Origin: an uncultured Actinomycetes bacterium
GTDB taxonomy: Bacteria > Actinomycetota > Actinomycetes > S36-B12 > UBA10799
Length of the DNA: 64,000 nt
NCBI GenBank assembly: GCA_964556255.1
Contig: CAZKVQ010000009.1
Span: forward strand, 582 to 64,581
Reading direction: 5' to 3'
Shown here one piece after another: positions 9,531 through 19,819 of the stretch. The notes under the pieces were generated by a model. It was not told the origin of the DNA. It ran no database searches and worked only from the letters and a program-made list of their open reading frames with translations. How positions within the stretch are numbered: position 1 is the stretch's first letter; every line of letters starts with the position of its first letter. Made by a program: the position numbers and the translations under genes.

Positions 9531-10793
9531 ATGCGCGGCTGGTGGAGTCGGGGATGGCTCGTGCTCTTCGTACCGGTGCTCGCCGTGCTGGCGGCTGTCG
9601 CGCCGGCTTCCCCCGCGGCGGCCGCTCCGAGCGGATTCCTCATCGACGGCTTCGGCTGGGGACACGGGGTCGGGCTCTCGCAGTACGGGGCATACGGGCA
9701 GGCCAAAGAGGGCCGCAATGCGCTGCAGATCGTCCACCACTACTTTCCCGCTGCGCGACTTTCGCCGCTGCGCGACGACGCCGACCTCCGCGTAAACGTA
9801 GGTCGTAGTCTGACCAGCGCCCGCCTGCGCACGGTGCCGTTGGCCCCCGGTGGAGGAAGATGGGAGGTGGCGATCGGTAGCAGGCGAGTGGTCGTAGCGC
9901 AGGATGCGGAGATCGCCCTCGTCCGTTCCGGCTCCACTGTCGAGGTGAGGATCGGCGGGAGATCTGTGGGGTCTGCGTCGTCAGTCACGGTCACCTGGGC
10001 CGGCACCCGCAAGCCAGGAGCTGCAGGTCGGGTGCCCACCGCGCTGGAGATCGCCCCCTCGGTCGGCTCGTCGTTCCGCACCGATCGTCGGTACCGCTAC
10101 GGCTGGCTGGATGTCGGTGTCGCCGACGGCGGCCTGCAGCTCGTGAACACCGTGAGGGTGCATGACGAGTACCTCGCCGGCATAGCGGAAGTTTCGGCGT
10201 CTTGGCCGGCGGCCGCGCAGCAGGCGCAGGCGATCGCGGCCCGTTCTTATGCGCTGGCGAACACCGGGAAAGTGCGGGCTGCCTGCAGATGCAACGTCGA
10301 CGACGGCTACGGCGGCTACTACGGCCAAACAGTCTGGGGCGTCGCCCGTGCGCAGGGTCCCAAGGGCGGCAACTGGGCGGCCGCCGTGCGCGATACGGCG
10401 TTCGGGCCCCGGTACGGCTGGGCCTTGAGCTACGCCGGTCAGCCCATCTCTGCCTTCTACACGTCGTCCACCGGCGGACGTACCCAGAACAGTGAGGACG
10501 TGTGGGGAGGCGTACTGCCCTGGGCTCGCAGCGTGGATGACCATTGGAGTACCGATCCCAGGTACAACCCGAACGGGCGCTGGGCGACTCGACGGGTGAG
10601 CCAGGCGTCGCTGGCAGCGGTGTTCGGTCTTCCCGATGTCGCGTCAGTCCGGATCGTCAGATACGTTTCGGGTGCGGCGAAGGAGGTGTGGGCCACGTCC
10701 AGCGGGGGGCGCAGCGTCAAACTCAAGGGGTCCACTTTCCGCTCCCGACTGGGATTGCGCAGTACCTACGTCACGAGTGTGCGTCCCGGCTGA
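9531..10793 (+). CDS. SpoIID/LytB domain-containing protein (secreted peptidoglycan-remodelling factor)
   Basis: Signal peptide MRGWWSRGWLVLFVPVLAVLAAVAPASPAAAA, then GFGWGHGVGLSQYGAYGQA and the YTSSTGGRT motif typical of SpoIID/LytB. The start was moved to ATG 9531 inside the 9492 ORF. Confidence 0.85.
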   Translation: MRGWWSRGWLVLFVPVLAVLAAVAPASPAAAAPSGFLIDGFGWGHGVGLSQYGAYGQAKEGRNALQIVHHYFPAARLSPLRDDADLRVNVGRSLTSARLRTVPLAPGGGRWEVAIGSRRVVVAQDAEIALVRSGSTVEVRIGGRSVGSASSVTVTWAGTRKPGAAGRVPTALEIAPSVGSSFRTDRRYRYGWLDVGVADGGLQLVNTVRVHDEYLAGIAEVSASWPAAAQQAQAIAARSYALANTGKVRAACRCNVDDGYGGYYGQTVWGVARAQGPKGGNWAAAVRDTAFGPRYGWALSYAGQPISAFYTSSTGGRTQNSEDVWGGVLPWARSVDDHWSTDPRYNPNGRWATRRVSQASLAAVFGLPDVASVRIVRYVSGAAKEVWATSSGGRSVKLKGSTFRSRLGLRSTYVTSVRPG

Positions 10794-11505
10794 GCAACGT
10801 CGCATCCACCTTCTCCTTGGACTGCAACTCCGCCAACCGCGCGGGGTCGCCGCCGGTGGCGAGGACGCCGCCAGCTGGGGCCAGGACCGGACCCACCGTT
10901 GCGTCCAGCAGCCCCGTCGGATCTTCGGGGTCACCCGTCACCATGACCCTCGAGGCACCGGCGGGAATGCGAACCAGGGACATCGCCTGCTCGGCGGTCA
11001 ATCGCCGGCCCGGCACCCCGATGACGACGGCCTCCGGATCGGGTGACACCAAGGAGGCCGAGTCGGCCTGTCCGCGCACCGAGGCCAACGCATCGTCGGC
11101 CCATGGCGGACAGTCTCCTCCGAGTGACAGTCCCAAGGGATGCAGAGACACCGCCAACACCTGCGCCGCGGCCTCGGGCGCCGTCCCATCGGCCGTGGTC
11201 AGGACCACATCCGCGGTGCCCGAAGAATGCTCTCCCAACACGATGGACGCCCCGAGCCCCCAAGTGGCGAAGGCGAACACCGGAACCTGCCAGTGCAGCG
11301 GCAGGTCCAGCGCGACCGTGTCGCCGGCGCCGACGCCGTATTCGAACTGCAGCAGGTTGGCGACCTTCGCGACCCAGTTGTCCAAGGTCGCCGCGGACAG
11401 TTCCACCCGATCGCCGGTGCCGAGATCGTAGAAGGTGATGACCGGAGCGGCCGGGTCATGTCGTAGCGCGGCTCGTCGGGCGGACTCGGGATGTCGATGG
11501 ACCAT
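10771..11505 (-). CDS. TIGR03089 family protein (actinobacterial, AMP-binding-like, function unknown)
   Basis: ITFYDLGTGDRVELSAATLDNWVAKVANLLQFEYGVGAGDTVALDLPLHWQ matches the family pattern I recall. It sits in the typical position divergent from manC. Start at ATG 11505. The 355-aa track ORF overlaps manC and is an extension. Confidence 0.75.
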   Translation of the reverse strand: MVHRHPESARRAALRHDPAAPVITFYDLGTGDRVELSAATLDNWVAKVANLLQFEYGVGAGDTVALDLPLHWQVPVFAFATWGLGASIVLGEHSSGTADVVLTTADGTAPEAAAQVLAVSLHPLGLSLGGDCPPWADDALASVRGQADSASLVSPDPEAVVIGVPGRRLTAEQAMSLVRIPAGASRVMVTGDPEDPTGLLDATVGPVLAPAGGVLATGGDPARLAELQSKEKVDATLLSRDAHS

Positions 11506-11550
11506 GGCGGCCAGGCTACGTCTGGCGGCTCGATCTGGCAGGGTGGAGAG

Positions 11551-12636
11551 ATGCTGGAAGCCGTTCTCCTCGTGGGTGGCCGCGGCACGCGACTGCGTCC
11601 CCTGACCATCAACACACCCAAACCGATGCTGCCGGTCGCCGGGGTGCCCTTCACCGAGCACCAGATTGCGAGGGCCCGCGAGGCGGGTGTCGGGCGCATC
11701 GTGCTGGGCACGTCCTACCGCGCCGAGGTTTTCGCCGAGTACTTCGGTGATGGATCGGCCTTCGGGGTGGAACTCGTGTACGTCACCGAGGAGGAGCCGC
11801 TCGGCACCGGTGGGGCCATCCGTCATGTTGCGCCCCACTTGCGCAGCGGCCCCGACGACCCGGTGCTCATCTTCAACGGCGACGTGCTCTCAGGGCTGGA
11901 CATCGCCGGACTCGTTGAGTCGTGGCGGGCGGCTGAGGCGCAGGTTGCGCTGTACCTGACAAGGGTGGCCGACCCGCGGGCGTTCGGGCTGGTCCCGACG
12001 GCCGCCGATGGCACAGTGACGGCGTTCCTGGAGAAGCCGACGACCGAGGCCGAGATCGTCACCGATCAGATCAACGCGGGTTGCTACGTGTTCCGCCGTT
12101 CGGAGATCGACCGGATCCCGCCGGGCAGGGTGGTGTCCGTCGAGCGTGAGACCTTCCCCGGGCTACTGGCCGAAGGAGCCAAAGTGATCGGAGTCGTGGA
12201 CGACGCCTACTGGCTCGACCTGGGCACTCCGGCGGCGTTCGTGGAAGGTTCCCGCGACATCGTGTCCGGTCGAGCACCGTCACCCGCGCTGCCGGGAGAC
12301 CCAGGGCGTGCCCTCGTGCTGCCTACCGCCCGGGTGCACCAGGATGCGGTCATCGCCGGCGGCTCCACCATCGGCGCCGGTGCCGAGATCGATGCCTACG
12401 CCACGGTGGACGGCAGTGTGATCTTCGACGGCGCGACCGTTGGTGTCGGCGCCACCATCACCGGCAGCATCGTCGGTGCGGGTGCGGTGATCGGAGCCGG
12501 TACCCGGGTCACCGACGCGGTGATCGGCGACGGTGCGGCCATCGGTGAACAGAACGAGTTACTTGCAGGGGTGCGGGTGTGGCCCGACGTCACCATCGCC
12601 GACTGTGCCGTGCGGTTCAGTTCTGACGAGAGCTGA
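11551..12636 (+). CDS. manC: mannose-1-phosphate guanylyltransferase (NDP-sugar pyrophosphorylase with left-handed beta-helix C-terminus)
   Basis: MLEAVLLVGGRGTRLRPLTINTPKPMLPVAG...EEEPLGTGGAIRH. The C-terminus has hexapeptide-repeat-like GxxIG(A/D) repeats. RBS GGTGGAGAG lies before ATG 11551. Synteny matches M. tuberculosis Rv3264c. Confidence 0.85.
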   Translation: MLEAVLLVGGRGTRLRPLTINTPKPMLPVAGVPFTEHQIARAREAGVGRIVLGTSYRAEVFAEYFGDGSAFGVELVYVTEEEPLGTGGAIRHVAPHLRSGPDDPVLIFNGDVLSGLDIAGLVESWRAAEAQVALYLTRVADPRAFGLVPTAADGTVTAFLEKPTTEAEIVTDQINAGCYVFRRSEIDRIPPGRVVSVERETFPGLLAEGAKVIGVVDDAYWLDLGTPAAFVEGSRDIVSGRAPSPALPGDPGRALVLPTARVHQDAVIAGGSTIGAGAEIDAYATVDGSVIFDGATVGVGATITGSIVGAGAVIGAGTRVTDAVIGDGAAIGEQNELLAGVRVWPDVTIADCAVRFSSDES

Positions 12637-12646
12637 GCAACCTGCC

Positions 12647-13363
12647 GTGATCTCCACGCTGTTCGTCGTCGGGGCGCTGGTCACCTCGGTGCTGGTGGTC
12701 GTCAATCTGCTGACGAACCTGTGGGCTCGCAAGCATTATCTGCTCATCTCGTTGTGGGCGACCGGCGTGATGCTCGCGATCGCGTGGCTGGCGGGCCTCA
12801 GCTGGGCTTCGCTCGGCCTCAGTCTGCGGGGAACCGAACTGAAGAGCGGACTGATCTGGTCTGCGGCGCTCGTCGGGATTGTGCTGCTCGGGTATCTGAT
12901 CGCAGCAGCGCTGCCGTGGACGCGCAAGGGCTTCCAGGATGCTCGCACGGCCGACATGGGCGTGGGCCGCGTGATCTATCACTCCATGCTGCGGATCCCC
13001 ATCGGCACCGCACTGATGGAGGAGGTGGCTTTCCGAGGTGTGCTGTTGGCCGCCTTCACCGGCACCTGGGGGGTCGTCTGGGGCGTGACCGCGTCATCGT
13101 TGCTGTTCGGGGTGTGGCATGTGCTGCCGGCCCTGGAGTTCCATGAGGCCTCGGCGACCACGGACCGGCTCGGCAACAGCTGGCGCGGCAAACTGACGAC
13201 CGTTCTCGGCCAGGTCGTCGGCACCGGCGTGGCGGGCGTCGGCTTCTGCCTGGTCCGGATCTGGTCGGGCAGTCTGCTCCCCAGCATCGCGCTGCATGCG
13301 TCGCTGAACGCCCTCGGCTTCGCCGCGAGTTGGGCGTTCAGCCGGCGGCTGCGCGAATTGTGA
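12647..13363 (+). CDS. CPBP family intramembrane glutamic endopeptidase (CAAX protease family)
   Basis: Polytopic protein with the motifs EEVAFRGVL, FGVWHV and HASLNALG. The start was set to GTG 12647, just after the manC stop. Confidence 0.8.
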   Translation: MISTLFVVGALVTSVLVVVNLLTNLWARKHYLLISLWATGVMLAIAWLAGLSWASLGLSLRGTELKSGLIWSAALVGIVLLGYLIAAALPWTRKGFQDARTADMGVGRVIYHSMLRIPIGTALMEEVAFRGVLLAAFTGTWGVVWGVTASSLLFGVWHVLPALEFHEASATTDRLGNSWRGKLTTVLGQVVGTGVAGVGFCLVRIWSGSLLPSIALHASLNALGFAASWAFSRRLREL

Positions 13364-13370
13364 CTCGACG

Positions 13371-14291
13371 GTGATCGCGGTCCAGCAGCAATCCCGCGTT
13401 CTTCGCCCCGACCACCTGCCCGACCTGGCGGGAATCCTGGGGCCGCTGGTTCACGGTCGCGACCCTAGTTGGGCCAGACCGGCTACGGGGGTGTTCATCA
13501 AGGCCAGCCGAACCCCTGAAGGTCCCGGGGTCGAGGTCATCACCGTGGACCCAGCGGCTGGATCCGTCCATCATCGGGCGTACGGCGTTGGAGCGCCATG
13601 GCTGGCTGAGCGGATCGAGGATCTGCTGGGTCTGCATGATGATGACTCCGGGTTCGAGCCGCCGCCGCAACTGCGGACGATCTGGCGTCGCCATCGAGGA
13701 TGGCGGGTACCCAAGACGTCCCTGGTTGTAGAGACGCTCGTCCCTATCGTGCTGGGACAGAAAGTGACCGGGGTGGAGGCCTACGCCTCATACCGTCGTC
13801 TGGTGCTGGCCCACGGCGAACCGGTCGGCTTCGGTCCGCTTCCGGAGTTGCGGCTACCTCCCGAGGCCGCCACCTGGCGGTCGATCCCGTCATGGGAGTG
13901 GCATCGTGCGGGTGTCGGACCTGAACGGTCCCGGACCGTGGTGGCAGCCATGGGTCGGGCCGATGCACTCGAACGGCTGGTGCGACGTCCCAGCGGCGAA
14001 GCGCAACTGGCGATGCGCGCACTTCCCGGGATCGGAGAGTGGACAGCGGCCGAGGTGGCACAACGGGTATTCGGCGATGCCGATGCGATCTCCGTCGGCG
14101 ATTTCCACGTTGCCAAATCGGTGGTGCACACCCTGACCGGGCGGCGCAACGGCACCGACGCCGACATGCTCGAGCTTGTGGAGCCCTTTCGACCACACCG
14201 GTTCCGGGTGCAGCGGCTGGTTGAACTGGGTCGACTGGGGCAGCCGCGCCGTGGCCCGCGCTATGCGGGTCTGGATATGCGCGGCATCTAG
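13371..14291 (+). CDS. DNA-3-methyladenine glycosylase 2 (AlkA-like, HhH-GPD superfamily)
   Basis: [30 protein letters not shown] has a helix-hairpin-helix plus the catalytic Asp region. 306 aa. Confidence 0.75.
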   Translation: MIAVQQQSRVLRPDHLPDLAGILGPLVHGRDPSWARPATGVFIKASRTPEGPGVEVITVDPAAGSVHHRAYGVGAPWLAERIEDLLGLHDDDSGFEPPPQLRTIWRRHRGWRVPKTSLVVETLVPIVLGQKVTGVEAYASYRRLVLAHGEPVGFGPLPELRLPPEAATWRSIPSWEWHRAGVGPERSRTVVAAMGRADALERLVRRPSGEAQLAMRALPGIGEWTAAEVAQRVFGDADAISVGDFHVAKSVVHTLTGRRNGTDADMLELVEPFRPHRFRVQRLVELGRLGQPRRGPRYAGLDMRGI

Positions 14292-15652
14292 AGCTCCCGG
14301 AAGTACTCGGTCAGCTCGCGCGATGGCCGCGGCGGGGCCACACCCGCCGGGTAGCCCACGGCCACGGCCCCCAGGGGCTGCCAGCTGCTCGGTATCGCCA
14401 ACTCTTCAGCGACGACGTCCGGGCAGAACACGGTGGCGGAGATCCAGGCTCCGCCGAGCCCCTGGGCCGCCAGCGAGACCAGCAGATTCTCCACCGCGGC
14501 ACCACCGGCGACCAGGAACAGATCCCGCTCGAAACCACGACGCCTCGCGTCCGGATAGGAATGTGCCGCCCCTGAGAGTTCGGAGAAGCACAGCAGCACC
14601 TCCGGTGCCCGTCGCAGAATGTCCCCGCGAGCGGTCCGACGTCCAATTTCTTCCTCGTTGAAGCCATCCAGCTGGGCGAGGTCGGAGCGCCACCGAGCCA
14701 CCATCGCGTCGAGTACCCGGGTGCGGGTGTCGGGTAGGAGGCGCACGAATCGCCAGGGAGTTGTGTGGTGCGGGCTGGGGGCGGTGACGGCCGCCGCGAT
14801 CGCCTCCTGCAGGGCGGCCACCGGTACGGCCCGTTCAGCGAAGTGCCGAACGGTTCGCCGCCCGCCCGCCGCGGCGCGGGCCCCTGCCTCCCGCGCCGCC
14901 TCGGTGCCCAGCGGGAACAGGTCCTCTTCGGCCGGTCTGATCAGATCGGTGGCCTTTGAGGTGCTGTCGCCGACCCGGTGTGCCATGCCGCGCAGGACGG
15001 CCACCGGGACGCCGGCGGGCTTCGGTCGGACCAGTTCGGAGGCCGCGGCGACAGCATCAGCCGTTGCGTTGATCGTGACGTTCAGCATCTGCCCGCTGTG
15101 GTCCGTCCGGCCACGGAGATCATCGAGGACCTCCATCCCGGCTGCACCGATCGCGATGTCGACGACACCTTCCCGCCAGGGGCGACCGGCGGTATCCGTC
15201 ACCACGACGGCGAGTGGCCGAACCCCGGTGGCGGACTCCAGGCCGTCACGAAGGCGTGTTGCGGAAGCATCCGGGTCCAGCGGCAGCAGCAGCACCGTGC
15301 CTGGGTCGGTGTTGGACGCGTCGACACCGGCGGCGGCGAGCACCAAACCGTGGCGGGTGCGGGTGATCCTGGTGACGCCACCCTCGTGCGATCTGCGGGC
15401 GACCTCCGATACCGCTTCGGCATCGATCGCGGCCTCCCGCGAATCCGCTGTCACCATCCGTCCCTCGACCTTGGAGATGACCTTCGAGGTGACGATTACG
15501 ATGTCCCCTGGTTGCAGACCGCGGCTCCCGTCCGGCCAGCGAAGTGAAGCCAACGGTTCGGCGAGTTCCGCAACCAGGTCGTCATCCGCGGCGAACTCGG
15601 GCAGGCCTGGGACTCCCAGTAGCACCACGTTCTCCGGCGTGTCCGGCGTCAC
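14288..15652 (-). CDS. fbiB: bifunctional F420 gamma-glutamyl ligase / dehydro-F420-0 reductase FbiB (CofE + nitroreductase domains)
   Basis: N-terminal CofE-like region ([15 protein letters not shown]...) and a C-terminal nitroreductase-fold domain (RRTVRHF...TTPWRFV). GTG 15652 overlaps the fbiA stop (GTGA). Confidence 0.9.
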   Translation of the reverse strand: MTPDTPENVVLLGVPGLPEFAADDDLVAELAEPLASLRWPDGSRGLQPGDIVIVTSKVISKVEGRMVTADSREAAIDAEAVSEVARRSHEGGVTRITRTRHGLVLAAAGVDASNTDPGTVLLLPLDPDASATRLRDGLESATGVRPLAVVVTDTAGRPWREGVVDIAIGAAGMEVLDDLRGRTDHSGQMLNVTINATADAVAAASELVRPKPAGVPVAVLRGMAHRVGDSTSKATDLIRPAEEDLFPLGTEAAREAGARAAAGGRRTVRHFAERAVPVAALQEAIAAAVTAPSPHHTTPWRFVRLLPDTRTRVLDAMVARWRSDLAQLDGFNEEEIGRRTARGDILRRAPEVLLCFSELSGAAHSYPDARRRGFERDLFLVAGGAAVENLLVSLAAQGLGGAWISATVFCPDVVAEELAIPSSWQPLGAVAVGYPAGVAPPRPSRELTEYFREL

Positions 15653-16632
15653 CGCGGGGCCAATTCCCCTGCGAGCTCCAGCGTGGCCCGTGCGAGTTGG
15701 ACGGCCGCCGTGCGATCGGTCATCAGGGTTGGCACTGCCCGACACCTGATGCCCGCGGCATTGACGGCGTCCACCTGGTCGGCGTCCGAGGTGTCCACCA
15801 GCCACCCGTCGAGCAGCCCCGACGGTCGGGCGCCGTAGTGCAGCGCGACCGCGGATGAGGTCGTCGAGACGCCGATGGCTTCCAGGCACTTATCGGCCAT
15901 CCCCCGCACGGGTGCCCCCGCCACGATCCCGGAGACACCGACGACTGGCGCCGGCGTCTGCGAGATGGCGGCGGAAATGCCCGGGATCGCGGTGATCGCG
16001 CCGATCGACACCACCGGGTTGGACGGTGGCAGCACCACGACATCCGCCTCCGCGATCGCTTCCAGCACACCGGGGGCAGGTCTGGCCTCGTCGGCGCCGA
16101 TGTAGACGAACTGCTCAGCGGGCAGCGAGGCGCGGTGGCGCACCCACCACTCCTGGAAGTGCATGGCCCGCCGGTCGCCGTCACCGTCCTCGACGACAAC
16201 ATGGGTCTCCAGCCGTTCATCGCTGGCCGGCAGCAACTCGACACCTGGTTGCCAGCGTGCGCACAGGGCCGCGGTCACGGTTGACAGGGGGTAGCCGGCC
16301 TCCAGCATCTGGGTGCGGATCAGGTGGGTTGCGAGGTCACGATCACCCAGCCCGAACCAGTCCGGCTTGGCCTTGTATGCCTTCAACTCGGCCGCAGCAT
16401 TGAAGGTCTCGTCGGATCGACCCCAAGCGCGGTCCTCGTCTATGCCGCCACCCAGGGTGTACATGACTGTGTCCAGGTCTGGACTGACCTTGAGGCCGAA
16501 CAACCAGATGTCATCTCCGACGTTGCCCACCACCGTGATCGTGTGGTCTCCGGCGGCCTCGGTCAGGTGGTCGCGAAGGCCCCGCAGAAACCTCGCGCCG
16601 CCGATGCCGCCTGCCAACGCTGTGATCCGCAT
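15649..16632 (-). CDS. fbiA: 2-phospho-L-lactate (EPPG:FO) transferase FbiA/CofD
   Basis: [19 protein letters not shown]... matches the CofD N-terminus. About 327 aa from ATG 16632. The rest of the 414-aa track ORF is an Ala/Arg/Ser-rich extension overlapping fbiC. Confidence 0.9.
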   Translation of the reverse strand: MRITALAGGIGGARFLRGLRDHLTEAAGDHTITVVGNVGDDIWLFGLKVSPDLDTVMYTLGGGIDEDRAWGRSDETFNAAAELKAYKAKPDWFGLGDRDLATHLIRTQMLEAGYPLSTVTAALCARWQPGVELLPASDERLETHVVVEDGDGDRRAMHFQEWWVRHRASLPAEQFVYIGADEARPAPGVLEAIAEADVVVLPPSNPVVSIGAITAIPGISAAISQTPAPVVGVSGIVAGAPVRGMADKCLEAIGVSTTSSAVALHYGARPSGLLDGWLVDTSDADQVDAVNAAGIRCRAVPTLMTDRTAAVQLARATLELAGELAPR

Positions 16633-16705
16633 GACGGCCATTCTTCCCAACCCAGGACCGTGGTGCCCCCCGGGGCACGGGCACGCCCGCCGTAGGCTGA
16701 TCAGC

Positions 16706-19339
16706 ATGTCGGCCATCACTCCCGCCGAGGTCAGGCGAGCCCTGGCACGGGTGGCGCGCGGGGCGAGCCTGGACCGGGGCGAGGTGGCGGCGCTGCTCGC
16801 GGCGAGGGACGCCGATCTGGGGGCGCTCTGCGACCACGCCGCCAGGCTGCGCGACGAGGGTCTGCGGACGGCCGGTCGCTCCGGCATCGTCACCTACTCG
16901 CCCAAGGTCTTCATTCCGCTCACGCGGCTGTGCCGGGACAGCTGCCACTACTGCACGTTCGCGACCGACCCCGCCGACCTGCGACGCTCCGGCGAGCAGA
17001 TGTTCCTGAGCCCGGATGAGGTCGTGGCCATTGCCCGTCGCGGCGCTGAGGTGGGCTGCAAGGAAGCCCTCTTCACGTTGGGAGACCGGCCCGAGGACCG
17101 CTGGCCGGCTGCCCGGGAGTGGCTGGAGGCCGCCGGATTCGACTCCACCCTGTCGTATCTGAGGGCGATGGCCATCCTGGTTCTCGAGCAGACCGGGTTG
17201 CTTCCCCATCTGAACCCAGGTGTCATGACCTGGGAGGAGTTGGTTCGTCTCCGGCCGGTGGCCCCGAGTATGGGCATGATGCTGGAGACCACGTCGGAAC
17301 GGCTCTTCAACACCCCGGGGGAGGTTCACTACGGTTCGCCGGACAAGGATCCCGCCGTGCGTCGCCGGGTGTTGGCCGACGCCGGCCGCGCTGGGATCCC
17401 GTTCACCACCGGCCTGCTCATCGGCATCGGCGAGTCCTTGCCCGAGCGGGCCGATTCGATTCTTGCTCTGCGTTCCCTGGTGCGTGAGCACCGTGGCGTG
17501 CAAGAAGTCATCGTTCAGAACTTCCGCGCGAAGCCCGATACCGCGCTGCGCCACCGGGACGATCTGGACAGTGCCGAGTACGTGGCCGCGCTGGCCACTA
17601 CTCGGGTGGTGCTCGGTCCCAGGATCCGGATCCAGGCTCCACCCAACCTGTCGGCCCCCGAGGAACTCGGGGCGCTGCTGGGTGCCGGGGTGGACGATTG
17701 GGGAGGGGTGAGCCCGGTCACCCCCGACCATGTCAATCCCGAACGCCCCTGGCCGCATCTGGATGCTCTCAGAGCCGCGACGGCGGCTGCAGGCTTCGAA
17801 CTGCGAGAGCGACTGACAGTGCACCCTGAATACGTTCGGCAGCCGGAACAGTGGCTCGACCCCAGGGTGGCCGGGCACGTGTCGGCCCTCGCGGACGCTG
17901 ATGGGCTTGCCCGTCCCGGTCACCGTCCTGTCGGCCGCAGTTGGCAGCAGCCCGACAGCTATGCGGAGTTCGCTGCGACCACGGACGCCGGGCACGGGGA
18001 ATTGTCGACGTCGATCGATGCCGGCGGCCGACGATCGGATCGCCGTGGTGATTTCGACACCGTGTTCGGTGACTGGACCGCCATCGGCGAGAAGGCCCTC
18101 GCCGTCGATCGTGACCCTCGTGGGCAGAACCGGCCGTCGCCGGCGTCCGTCGGCCGGGAACTGCGTGCGGCGCTCCGACTTGCCGAGCGGGACCCCGCAG
18201 CGCTCGCCGAGGAAAGTCATGCCGACCTGGCGGTGGCCTTGGCGGCCGCCGACGGATCGGCTCTGGACGAGCTGGCCGCGATCGCTGACGGGCTGCGCCG
18301 ACGCGTGGTCGGCGATGAGGTCACCTACGTCGTCAATCGGAACATCAACTTCACAAACGTCTGCTACACCGGTTGTCGATTCTGCGCGTTCGCTCAGCGC
18401 GAGTCCGACGCGGACGCGTTCACCCTCGGGCTGGACGACATCGGGTCACGGGTCGACGAGGCCGTGGCCGCCGGCGCCACCGAGATCTGCATGCAGGGCG
18501 GGATCCACCCGAAGCTGCCGGGTCATGCGTACTTCGACATCGCGGCCGAGGTGAAGCGTCGCCCCGTTCACCTCCACGCCTTCAGCCCGATGGAGGTCGT
18601 TAACGGTGCCACCAGATCGGATATGTCGATCGGCGACTGGCTGAGGGCGGCACATGAGGCGGGCGTCGACTCGATTCCGGGAACGGCCGCGGAGATCCTG
18701 GACGATGAAGTCCGCTGGGTGCTGACCAAGGGCAAGTTGCCGGCGCAGGCCTGGGAGGAGGTCATCAGGACGGCACACGGGCTGGGGATCCGCTCGAGTT
18801 CCACGATGATGTACGGCCACGTCGACTCCCCTCGGCACTGGGTCAGCCACCTTCGCAGACTTCGACGGATCCAGCTCGATACTGGGGGATTCACGGAGTT
18901 CGTGGGGCTGCCGTTCGTGCATCACAATGCGCCGATCTACCTGGCCGGCCACGCCCGACCGGGGGCGACCCCGCGCGAGGATCTGGCAGTCACGGCTCTG
19001 GCGCGGGTGATGCTGCACGACGCGATCCCGAACATCCAGGTGTCCTGGGTGAAGTTGGGCCCTCAGGGCTGCGCTCGGTTGCTGCGGGCCGGCGCGAATG
19101 ATCTGGGCGGAACCCTCATGGAGGAGACCATCTCGCGGATGGCGGGCTCCGAACACGGGTCGGCGATGACCCCGGAGGAGTTGCAGGCCACCGCGGCCTT
19201 GGCCGGGCGCACCGCCCGGGAGCGCACCACCCTGTACGGCCTGGTGGACCGCGGTCCGGCGGCGTCAGAGCCGTTGGTCGGAGTCTCCGAGGCGCCTCGC
19301 GCCAGGGCTGACTCGGGTGATCCAGAACCCATTCGTTAA
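16706..19339 (+). CDS. fbiC: bifunctional FO synthase FbiC (CofG + CofH radical-SAM halves)
   Basis: Two radical-SAM CxxxCxxC motifs ([10 protein letters not shown] and [10 protein letters not shown]) sit in two homologous halves. About 877 aa from ATG 16706. The track ORF start at 16313 lies antisense to fbiA. Confidence 0.92.
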   Translation: MSAITPAEVRRALARVARGASLDRGEVAALLAARDADLGALCDHAARLRDEGLRTAGRSGIVTYSPKVFIPLTRLCRDSCHYCTFATDPADLRRSGEQMFLSPDEVVAIARRGAEVGCKEALFTLGDRPEDRWPAAREWLEAAGFDSTLSYLRAMAILVLEQTGLLPHLNPGVMTWEELVRLRPVAPSMGMMLETTSERLFNTPGEVHYGSPDKDPAVRRRVLADAGRAGIPFTTGLLIGIGESLPERADSILALRSLVREHRGVQEVIVQNFRAKPDTALRHRDDLDSAEYVAALATTRVVLGPRIRIQAPPNLSAPEELGALLGAGVDDWGGVSPVTPDHVNPERPWPHLDALRAATAAAGFELRERLTVHPEYVRQPEQWLDPRVAGHVSALADADGLARPGHRPVGRSWQQPDSYAEFAATTDAGHGELSTSIDAGGRRSDRRGDFDTVFGDWTAIGEKALAVDRDPRGQNRPSPASVGRELRAALRLAERDPAALAEESHADLAVALAAADGSALDELAAIADGLRRRVVGDEVTYVVNRNINFTNVCYTGCRFCAFAQRESDADAFTLGLDDIGSRVDEAVAAGATEICMQGGIHPKLPGHAYFDIAAEVKRRPVHLHAFSPMEVVNGATRSDMSIGDWLRAAHEAGVDSIPGTAAEILDDEVRWVLTKGKLPAQAWEEVIRTAHGLGIRSSSTMMYGHVDSPRHWVSHLRRLRRIQLDTGGFTEFVGLPFVHHNAPIYLAGHARPGATPREDLAVTALARVMLHDAIPNIQVSWVKLGPQGCARLLRAGANDLGGTLMEETISRMAGSEHGSAMTPEELQATAALAGRTARERTTLYGLVDRGPAASEPLVGVSEAPRARADSGDPEPIR

Positions 19340-19365
19340 GAAACCTTTGCCAAATACACCCCGAC

Positions 19366-19395
19366 TTGACGACAATGGTGTAACGGCGGTGTAAT
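19366..19395 (+). promoter_or_regulatory. candidate sigma-70-type promoter of whiB (TTGACG - 18 nt - TGTAAT)
   Basis: An unusually A/T-rich intergenic stretch contains TTGACG at 19366-19371 and TGTAAT at 19390-19395. It is flanked by the inverted repeat ACAATGG (19372-19378) / CCATTGT (19397-19403). Sequence pattern only. Confidence 0.3.
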
Positions 19396-19469
19396 TCCAT
19401 TGTTGTTATTCACCTGCTGGGCCCTTCCCCTCCTCGGCCCGAGAACCAACTGGAAGGAACACCCACGAC

Positions 19470-19727
19470 ATGAACGAACTCGATATCTTCCCCCTCGACG
19501 AGACAGAGGAGATGGGTTGGCAGGAGCGCTCGTTGTGCGCCCAGACCGACCCGGAAGCGTTCTTCCCCGAGAAGGGCGGCTCCACCCGCGAGGCGAAGAA
19601 GGTATGCATGTCGTGCGAGGTTCGGATGGAGTGCCTCGAATATGCACTGGCGAATGACGAGCGGTTCGGGATCTGGGGTGGCCTCTCCGAGCGGGAGCGT
19701 CGGCGACTCAAGAAGCAGGCGGTCTGA
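19470..19727 (+). CDS. whiB: WhiB family transcriptional regulator (WhiB2/WhmD-type, Fe-S)
   Basis: CAQTDPEAFFPEKGGSTREAKKVCMSCEVRMECLEYALANDERFGIWGGLSERERRRL has four Cys, GIWGG and a basic tail. Synteny matches whiB2. Confidence 0.92.
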   Translation: MNELDIFPLDETEEMGWQERSLCAQTDPEAFFPEKGGSTREAKKVCMSCEVRMECLEYALANDERFGIWGGLSERERRRLKKQAV

Positions 19728-19819
19728 CACTGGCCCCGAGCCCGCGACCGAGCTCACGTCGGCGCCGTCAGCGGGACCGCAGGGGTCGTGGGCTTCGCGG
19801 CCCGCTGCTACCGGCAACG

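Noticed and set aside
16313-16705. N-terminal 131-codon extension of fbiC. Similar 5' extensions occur for 10771-11838, 15649-16893, 28669-30072, 31745-32950, 32496-35642, 36887-38503, 39560-41353 and 54002-55861
   Set aside because: The extensions overlap neighbouring genes or lack similarity to the family N-termini. Internal starts with plausible RBS or start-stop coupling give family-typical lengths.
16511-18220. 569-aa minus-strand ORF antisense to fbiC. Similar long antisense ORFs lie at 22246-24333, 39113-41029, 42854-45079 and 59639-61432
   Set aside because: All lie opposite genes with unambiguous family motifs and have low-complexity Arg/Pro/Gly-rich translations. They are artefacts of high GC content.
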